Positions 21,250-32,000 of a DNA stretch of 32,000 nt are shown piece after piece (position 1 is the first letter of the stretch; each line of letters begins with the position of its first letter). The notes beneath the pieces are model-generated. The model had not been told where the DNA came from, made no database searches, and saw only the letters and a program-made list of their open reading frames with translations. Source of the stretch: Mycoplasma mycoides subsp. capri (GTDB lineage Bacteria > Bacillota_I > Bacilli_A > Mycoplasmatales > Mycoplasmataceae); NCBI RefSeq assembly GCF_018389705.1, contig NZ_CP065581.1, positions 60,001 through 92,000 on the forward strand, given 5' to 3'. A program made the translations under genes and the position numbers.

Positions 21250-22092
21250 CTAGTCTACATTTAAAATTTTATCACAAATATATCTAGCAACACCATCTTT
21301 ATCATTTGAATAATCGGTGATATCATCAGCTATTTCTTTTAATTCTATAATCCCATTTTTCATTGCAATACCTGTTGTGCAAGCTTTTAATAATGAAAAA
21401 TCATTTGGTCCATCACCAAATCCATATGAGTGAGTAGTTTTTTCATCTAAGTTTAAATATTTCATAACTTCAGCTACCCCACAACCTTTATCAACACCTT
21501 TAACTGAAATATCAAACACTCTATTGTTATAACTATCTACTTTATAATTATCAGCATAATTATTCATTAAATATTTATATTCATTAAGATTTTCTTCTGG
21601 TGTAGCTTTACTGTTTGTAACGATATAAAAATGAGTAATTGGTTCATCGATTTGATCTGGTGAATCTACTGATATGTATTTTAAGCCCATAACTTGATGA
21701 GCCCAATATTTACTATTTTTACCTTCTGCAAAAACATAACAACAATTTGGAGAATAAAAAATCATTTTAGCAAAAAATTTATTATGATATCTATTAAACA
21801 TTTCTTTGATAAATTCTTTTGGTAAAGTTTTATCAAAAATTATTTTATCAGTCTTATAATCATAAATTTGAGCACCATTACTTGCAACAATAATCCCTTT
21901 AAATTTGTCAATTTGTAATAAGCTGGCTTTTTGTTTTAAATCTTTAATTGTTCTAGCAGTTATAGGAACTAAATATATTCCTTTTTTGTATAATTTTTCA
22001 ACAACTTCGATAGTCTTTGGTGAAAAAATGTAATCATCATATAGCAATGTACCATCCAAATCTGAAAAAATAATAATATTTTTCTTATCCAT
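21250..22092 (-). CDS. Cof-type HAD-IIB family phosphatase
   Basis: Intact 280-aa ORF with HAD motif I (FSDLDGTLL) and motif IV (GFGDGPNDFSLL). A cap domain is implied by the length. Confidence 0.8.
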   Translation of the reverse strand: MDKKNIIIFSDLDGTLLYDDYIFSPKTIEVVEKLYKKGIYLVPITARTIKDLKQKASLLQIDKFKGIIVASNGAQIYDYKTDKIIFDKTLPKEFIKEMFNRYHNKFFAKMIFYSPNCCYVFAEGKNSKYWAHQVMGLKYISVDSPDQIDEPITHFYIVTNSKATPEENLNEYKYLMNNYADNYKVDSYNNRVFDISVKGVDKGCGVAEVMKYLNLDEKTTHSYGFGDGPNDFSLLKACTTGIAMKNGIIELKEIADDITDYSNDKDGVARYICDKILNVD

Positions 22093-22182
22093 TTCATTTC
22101 TCCCTTTGTTTTAAAATAATTATACCTATAAATTACTAAATTAATATTCTATAGCATTTTAACTTTATTTCAAGCATATATT

Positions 22183-22207
22183 AAAAAAAGAACCATTAAG
22201 GTTCTTT
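22183..22207 (-). terminator. rho-independent terminator of the rRNA operon
   Basis: The complement reads AAAGAACC-UUAAU-GGUUCUUU followed by UUUUU, immediately 3' of the 5S rRNA. Confidence 0.7.
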
Positions 22208-22210
22208 AGA

Positions 22211-22319
22211 AACTGGCAGCTTGCTATCTTCTCACATAAGTAATATTTTCACCGTAATAGAGCTTAACTTCTGTGTTCGGCATGGGAACAGGTGTGACCT
22301 CTATGCTATAACCACCAGA
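22211..22319 (-). rRNA. rrf: 5S ribosomal RNA
   Basis: The complement reads UCUGGUGGUUAUAGCAUAGAGGUCACACCUGUUCCCAUGCCGAACACAGAAGUUAAGCUC...GCUGCCAGUU, which contains the universal 5S CCGAACAC block. The ends are approximate. Confidence 0.93.
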
Positions 22320-22329
22320 TTATTTTTTT

Positions 22330-22356
22330 GATTGTTCTTTGAAAACTGATTATTAG
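22330..22356 (-). promoter_or_regulatory. 3' strand of the 23S rRNA processing stem (pairs with 25421..25447)
   Basis: gattgttctttgaaaactgattattag is the reverse complement of 25421-25447 with a single mismatch. The two segments bracket the 23S gene. Confidence 0.75.
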
Positions 22357-22385
22357 CTTGAAATGTAAGTTAAAATTGCATTTTC

Positions 22386-25294
<2,909 letters not shown>

Positions 25295-25420
25295 AAAATC
25301 TTACTAGCAATTTGTAACTCAATTAATTTTAGTTAATTGTTTTTGATGTCATTACGAATATAATTTCGTAATAATTTATCTAATTATAAATATTGTTATA
25401 ATCAGAAAATTGCATTTCAT

Positions 25421-25447
25421 CTAATATTCAGTTTTCAAAGAACAATC
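25421..25447 (-). promoter_or_regulatory. 5' strand of the 23S processing stem containing a boxA-like antitermination element
   Basis: The complement reads GAUUGUUCUUUGAAAACUGAAUAUUAG. The UGUUCUUUGAAAAC core matches the Firmicutes rrn boxA consensus, and the segment pairs with 22330-22356. Confidence 0.7.
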
Positions 25448-25467
25448 TATATTTCAGAGATGTTTTA

Positions 25468-25491
25468 CGATCTCTGAAAACTAAATAGAAT
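25468..25491 (-). promoter_or_regulatory. 3' strand of the 16S rRNA processing stem (pairs with 27139..27162)
   Basis: cgatctctgaaaactaaatagaat is the near-exact reverse complement of 27139-27162 (attctatttagttttcaaagatcg). The two segments bracket the 16S gene. Confidence 0.7.
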
Positions 25492-25520
25492 TAAATAGTC
25501 AGTAATATAAATATCTCCAT

Positions 25521-27044
<1,524 letters not shown>

Positions 27045-27138
27045 AAAAATTGTTAAATAAAAGTGATTCTGACTATTTTTATTGTTATAAGTTTTTTATT
27101 ACTCAAATAAATCTTTTGACAAGATTTGTACAATAATT

Positions 27139-27162
27139 ATTCTATTTAGTTTTCAAAGATCG
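27139..27162 (-). promoter_or_regulatory. 16S leader boxA-like element and 5' strand of the 16S processing stem
   Basis: The complement reads CGAUCUUUGAAAACUAAAUAGAAU, which resembles boxA (GCUCUUUAACAA / UGUUCUUUGAAAAC) and pairs with 25468-25491. Confidence 0.65.
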
Positions 27163-27167
27163 TGGTC

Positions 27168-27189
27168 ACTAAGATATCTATATCTTAGT
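27168..27189 (-). promoter_or_regulatory. leader hairpin immediately 5' of boxA (boxB-like position)
   Basis: actaagatat-ct-atatcttagt is a perfect 10-bp inverted repeat lying between the candidate rrn promoter and the boxA-like element. Confidence 0.5.
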
Positions 27190-27201
27190 CATATAATATA
27201 G

Positions 27202-27230
27202 AGTATATAATTATTTAAATTTTTTTTCAA
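27202..27230 (-). promoter_or_regulatory. candidate rRNA operon promoter (TTGAAA, 17 nt spacer, TATACT)
   Basis: On the complement, TTGAAA lies at 27230-27225 and TATACT at 27207-27202 with a 17-nt spacer. It sits downstream of the tRNA terminator and upstream of the leader hairpin. Confidence 0.45.
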
Positions 27231-27290
27231 TAATTGACCATTGTTTTTTTAACTTTTTTTCTTTTTTATAAAAGTTAACTTTTTTCAAAT

Positions 27291-27312
27291 AAAAAACCAG
27301 AAATATCTGGTT
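27291..27312 (-). terminator. hairpin plus U-run after tRNA-Leu (possibly leaky terminator ahead of rrn)
   Basis: The complement reads AACCAGA-UAUU-UCUGGUU followed by UUUUAUUU. Confidence 0.55.
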
Positions 27313-27326
27313 AGATTTCAAAAAAA

Positions 27327-27410
27327 TGGTGGGGGATAAGGGACTTGAACCCTTACGTCAAAGACGCTAGATCCTAAGTCTAGTGCGTCTGCCAATTCCG
27401 CCAATCCCCC
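27327..27410 (-). tRNA. tRNA-Leu, anticodon UAG, with encoded CCA
   Basis: The complement reads GGGGGAUUGGCGGAAUUGGCAGACGCACUAGACUUAGGAUCUAGCGUCUUUGACGUAAGGGUUCAAGUCCCUUAUCCCCCACCA. It has a 7-bp acceptor stem, the anticodon loop CU-UAG-GA, a long variable arm and a GGUUCAAGUCC T-arm. Confidence 0.92.
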
Positions 27411-27412
27411 AA

Positions 27413-27488
<76 letters not shown>

Positions 27489-27503
27489 ACAATGACCTAT
27501 ATA

Positions 27504-27532
27504 ATAATAGCATTCTTAAATTTTAATTTCAA
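27504..27532 (-). promoter_or_regulatory. candidate promoter for the tRNA-Lys/tRNA-Leu unit (TTGAAA, 17 nt spacer, TATTAT)
   Basis: On the complement, TTGAAA lies at 27532-27527 and TATTAT at 27509-27504 with a 17-nt spacer. This is about 15 nt upstream of the tRNA-Lys 5' end. Confidence 0.5.
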
Positions 27533-27677
27533 TTAAACTAGTTAAGATTTTATTTATATATTAAATAAAATTATTAGATTTATTAAAAAAAATAAAAATT
27601 TAGTAAATAATTAATAAATTTTTAAAAAACTAATAACTTTTAAAAGTTTTTTTCTAAAACCAAAATGAGGATAGAAA

Positions 27678-29744
27678 ATGAAAACTATAAAGTTATTTTT
27701 AATTGATTTTTATAATTTCTTAATTTTAAAACATTACTTTTTATTGTTTTTATTATTAAGTATTTGTATGAGTGCTAGTTTTATATTAAGTTTAAATATT
27801 CATTATTTAATTTTAGCTATTTTCTTTTTAAGTTTAACTATTATTTTAAATCACAAAAACACTTTAAAAATAGTTCTTATTTTTATATCTATTAATTTGA
27901 TTTTTATAATGTATATGTTTTGGTTTAAACATTCTAATTTAAGTTATTTAAATAATAAAACTATTATAAGCAAAGTGATTGATAAAAAAACTAATTATGC
28001 TATTTTACAACATAAAAATATTAAGTTTTATGTTAATGACTTTAATAATAAGTTTTTATTAGATCAAATAATAGAAATATCTGGTGTGTTTAACAAATTA
28101 GAAAGTAATACTAGTTTTTATCAATTTGACTTTTTTAACTATTTAAATAAACAATTTATTGATTTTGAAATGATTAATTATAAAGTAGAAAAAATTAGTA
28201 ATGGGATTAGAAGTAATTTTATTTTAACTAATTATTTTTATACAAATAAATTAGCTAGTATGTTTTTATTTGAATCAATAGATAGATCTACTAAGTTAGG
28301 TGAATTAATAAAAGATTTGAATTTAAGTTTTTTAATAGTTATTAGTAGTTATAACATTCACTTTTTTACTAAGTTTTTTTATAAATTAAACACCAAATTT
28401 AACTGAACAACAATAATTACTTATTTATTTTATTTAATAGTTTTTTTATTATCTTATTTATCAAATTTTTCTTATGCTAGTTTAAGAATAATAATTTTTT
28501 TTATTGTTAGTTTATATTTTAAAAAGTTTAATAAAAACACAGAATTAGTTTTTAAAAGATTTTTAACTCTTTTAATTTGTTTTGTTTTAACTCCCAGTTT
28601 TTTAACTTCAAGTAGTGCTGTTTTTATAATTGTTAGTTTTATGTTTTATTATGAAAAAATTTTTAGAAATAAATTTTTAGATTTATGTTTAAAATCTTTA
28701 ATTTTTACTTTTTATTTTATTCCTTTACAAATTTTTTATTTTTATAGTTTTAGTATAGTTATTCAAAGTTTATTAATTGTTTTAAGACCATTATTTAGTT
28801 TTTTATATTTTAGTATTTTTATTTGAATTTGGTTTGATCATAATTTTTTAACTAATATATTAATTAAGATTTTTGAGTTTATTAAAAAGATTAATATTAA
28901 TTTTAATATAGGATATGTTAATGTTATTTTTTTAATTTTAGCTTATTTAAGTATTTTAATAATAATTAAATATAACTTTAAATCAATATGAAGTTGAATA
29001 AGTTTAATTCTTATTTTGTTATTAAGTTATTTAATTAGTTGGTTAATTAAACCAAGTGTGTTTTTAGTAATGCTAAATGTTGGTAATGGTAATTGTTTTA
29101 TTTTTCATGATAAGTTTAAAAACACAACTATTATAAATGATTGTGGAGTTGGAAAAGGTTTTTCTAAAAATATTGGTTATGAGTTTTTAAAATATTTTGG
29201 TATTAATCATGTTGATTTAATTATAATTTCACACAATCACGCTGATCATTATAATGCAATTGATGCTATTAAAAAAAATATTAAAGTTTATGAAACAATT
29301 ACTTATAACAACTTTTTACCTTTTAAAAGTATTAAAAATGTAAATATATACTTTTTTTGAAATAACTTAGAAAATGAAAACGATAAATCTTTAGTTTATT
29401 TGTTTGAGTATAGAAATATCAGAATTTTATTTACAGGAGATGTTGAAAAAGAAGCTGAACAATTATTAGTTAATAATGATTATTTTAAATACGTAATTAA
29501 TTTAAAGCCAATAGATATTTTACAAGTACCACACCATGGTTCTAATACTAGTTCAACTGATGAGTTTATTAGTTTAATAAAACCAAAATACGGATTAATA
29601 TCAGGTAATAAAAGAACTTATAATTTTCCAAGAATTCAAACACTAGAAACTTTATACAAACATAATGTTAAATATTTTATAAGTCAAATTAATAATAATA
29701 CTTTTTATAATTTTTTAACCAATAGTTTTTGGTTTAAAAAATAA
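27678..29744 (+). CDS. comEC: DNA internalization channel protein ComEC/Rec2 with a C-terminal metallo-beta-lactamase domain
   Basis: Track ORFs 27678.., 28641.., 29016.. and 29400.. all share one frame and are joined through TGA codons (688 aa). It has a polytopic N-terminal and central region. The MBL domain has the motifs LNVGNGNC, IISHNHADHYN (HxHxDH) and VPHHGS. A GAGGA ribosome-binding site is present. Confidence 0.85.
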
Positions 29745-29775
29745 AAAACCTGGAATTTTTAAAATCCAGGTTTTA
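29743..29775. terminator. bidirectional terminator between convergent comEC and the permease gene
   Basis: aaaacctgga-atttttaaaa-tccaggtttt has an A-run on one side and a T-run on the other. Confidence 0.65.
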
Positions 29776-29776
29776 A

Positions 29777-32000
29777 TTAATAATCTAAATTTCAAAGTTT
29801 GATAGTTCTAGTTTGTTTTGTAAATAAAACAGTTTTTTTATACTCTCTTTTTAGTGATTTTAACAAGTCTTTAATACTTGTTAGTTTAGTTTTTTGATCT
29901 TGTAATTTTTGATTTAAATTATTTGAATCAGTTTGTAGTTTGATTTGTTGTTCAATGTTTTTAATATCAGCTTTTAACTCAATTAGTTGTTTTTTTAATT
30001 TTAGTTTAGAATCTAAATAATTAGTTTTAGCTGTTTTTAAATAGTTATTAGCTTGTTGATTAATTTGATCAACTAATAGTTTTCTATTATCTTTAAATTC
30101 TTTTATATATTTTTTATGTAAACTAATTAATTCTTGATATTTTTGATCAACTAAAGTTTTATTATCATAATCAATATCAACTTTTAAGTTTTTTAAAAAG
30201 ATAATCTTTTTAGAAATAAGTTTATCAGGTAGTTTATCTAAACTTATTTTACTTTTAACATAACTATTAAAAGCATTAGCTTGTCAATAACTCATATCAA
30301 CTTCTTTTTTAAATAGTTTTAAAGTAGCTTTGTAAGTTGCAAAACAATAATGTTGATATTTATTTATTAGTCAATCTATTCATTTAGGATTTTTATTTTC
30401 TAAAAATTTTACTCTTAATGTATTTGAAATGCTTTCAACAATTAAAGTAAAGATAATTAAACCAAATACTAAAGCCCCAAATTCTGCATATAATGCTTCT
30501 TCAAAATATCCTTTTAATAAACTTCCTAGTCGTCCAGCTCCAACAATACCTAAAGTAGCTACTTCTTTAAAGTTAATTTCAAAACGATAAATAATATATG
30601 AAATTATTTCATTTTGAGTTTGAGCAAAAATACCGTATCTAAATACTTGAAACTTATTTAACCCTAAAGCTTTTAATTGGTTAACTATTTTAAAGTTTAT
30701 TGTTTCATAAATTTCTCTATTATATTTTGTTAGCATTCCAATTGTTCCAACAGCTAAAGCTAATGATCCAGCAAATGGACCTACTCCAACTGCAAAAACA
30801 AAAATATAAGCATACATATATGTTGGAATTGCTCTAATTAAAGTAGTTAGACATAAAACTGGTTTTGCAATAATAGGATGAACTATTTTTGATGAACTTA
30901 ATAATCCTAATATATAAGCAAATACAGCTCCAATTACAGTTCCTAAAATAGCAATTGTTAGTGTTTCTCAAAGTATATAAAGAACAGAATATGATTGAGC
31001 AGTTTTATTAGTAGCGCTAAGCGGATTAGCATAATATAGTGATTCTCAATTAATATTTAAAATACTTAAAACTCTTTGGTTTGTTTCTTTTATTGATGAA
31101 CTACTTGCTAAAGAAAAGTTAACATCTTTAATTAAGAAAATAAATAAGAATAAAATAATTGCAAAAAACACAATTCTTTTAATATATGTTTTTGGCATTT
31201 TTTTTAAAACAACTTCAGGTGTTAGTGTTTTTTTAAATTTTGTAGTTTCTGTTTTTATTGTGTCTTCAACTTGACGTTTAATTTGTTCTCTAATAATTAA
31301 ACATTCATTTGCAAGTTTAGTTTGAGTGATTTTATCAATTCTTACTAAATGATCTACAAAATCAACTTTTACAAACAAGTTTTCTTTATTTTCTTTAAAT
31401 AACTTTTTATATTTGTCTTTGTCTTTTTTAACATCAAGATTATATTGTTTTTTAAATTCAGAAATTAGTTTTTTCTTTTCTAGTTTTAAAGATTGAAGTT
31501 CATTAGGATCTGTTGTTTTTGCTATTTTGTCATTAATTTCTTTTGTTAAAATGTAGTTTATATAAAATTTAAGATTACTTAATTTATCTATATTTTTATA
31601 TGGTTTTTGAATTTTATTTATTAGTTTTTTTTCTAATAAATAATCTTTTTCTTCTATTATGTAATTTCTAATTAAAAAAATAAATAATTCAATTAATAAA
31701 ATAGTTACTGCAAATATTGTTAATAAGAATCCGGCTTTGCTATATTCTGAAGAATCAAGAGTTGATTTAATTAATTCTCCATAACTATCTAATCCTGTTA
31801 CGATTGCAATAACTGAAAAATAACGAATATTAGTTTCTAAAGTATAAAGTGAAATTGATAATAAGTTAGTGGAAATTTGTGGAACTACTGCTTTTCTAAA
31901 TGATTGAAACTTATTAGCTCCAGTAGCTTGCATTGTAGTAAATACTTTTGTATCAATTTGTTCTATTTTTTCATAAAACAATTTACCAGCTACTGAAAAT
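29777..32000 (-). CDS. fused double PhnE-type (phosphonate/p69-like) ABC transporter permease with a coiled-coil linker and a coiled-coil C-terminal tail. The 5' end lies beyond the window.
   Basis: Track ORFs 31046..31981 and 30380..30817 share one frame. I read 29777-30382 codon by codon and found only TGA codons before TAA at 29777-29779. There are two permease EAA-loop motifs (TTMQATGANKFQSFRKAVVPQ and NQLKALGLNKFQVFRYGIFAQ). A K/E-rich linker of about 160 aa lies at roughly 31175-31654, and a heptad-rich tail of about 200 aa lies at 29780-30379. Confidence 0.75.

Noticed and set aside
25295-25520. A tRNA gene (Ile or Ala) in the 16S-23S spacer.
   Set aside because: There is no cloverleaf and no GGTTCGAATCC-type T-arm in the spacer. 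It contains only processing-stem and boxA-like sequences.

Overview
This is a very AT-rich Mollicutes chromosome segment. Gene content and order recall the Mycoplasma mycoides/capricolum cluster, but that is from memory and cannot be verified here. It must be read with translation table 4 (UGA = Trp). The supplied standard-code ORF track splits about a dozen genes at in-frame TGA codons, and I re-joined them by frame. From left to right the window contains the following. (1) A tightly packed minus-strand housekeeping operon: ffs, tadA, dnaX, recR, tmk, holB, an N6-adenine methyltransferase, rpiR and tilS'. (2) On the minus strand: guaC, a doubly anchored coiled-coil membrane protein, a small RDD-like membrane protein, a 702-aa DUF31-type serine-protease lipoprotein and bcp. 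(3) A plus-strand block: PTS EIICB, two small membrane proteins, alanine dehydrogenase, a decayed fragment of a membrane-protein paralog, another polytopic membrane protein, serS, a DUF1904-like gene missed by the ORF track, dusB and lysS. (4) On the minus strand: trxA, a Cof-type HAD phosphatase, and a complete 16S-23S-5S rRNA operon preceded by tRNA-Lys(UUU) and tRNA-Leu(UAG). (5) comEC on the plus strand. (6) A partial minus-strand gene for a fused double PhnE-type ABC permease carrying long coiled-coil insertions. I see no CRISPR array, transposase or integrase, restriction-modification, toxin-antitoxin or other recognisable defence or mobile module. I cannot support a claim of a new multi-gene system here. 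The items most worth a second look are the coiled-coil-decorated permease, the unpaired DUF31 protease lipoprotein with its N/Q repeat, the neighbouring 16-nt homopolymer tract, and the ald islet flanked by a gene and its decayed copy. All functional calls rest on motifs read by eye. No database search was possible.
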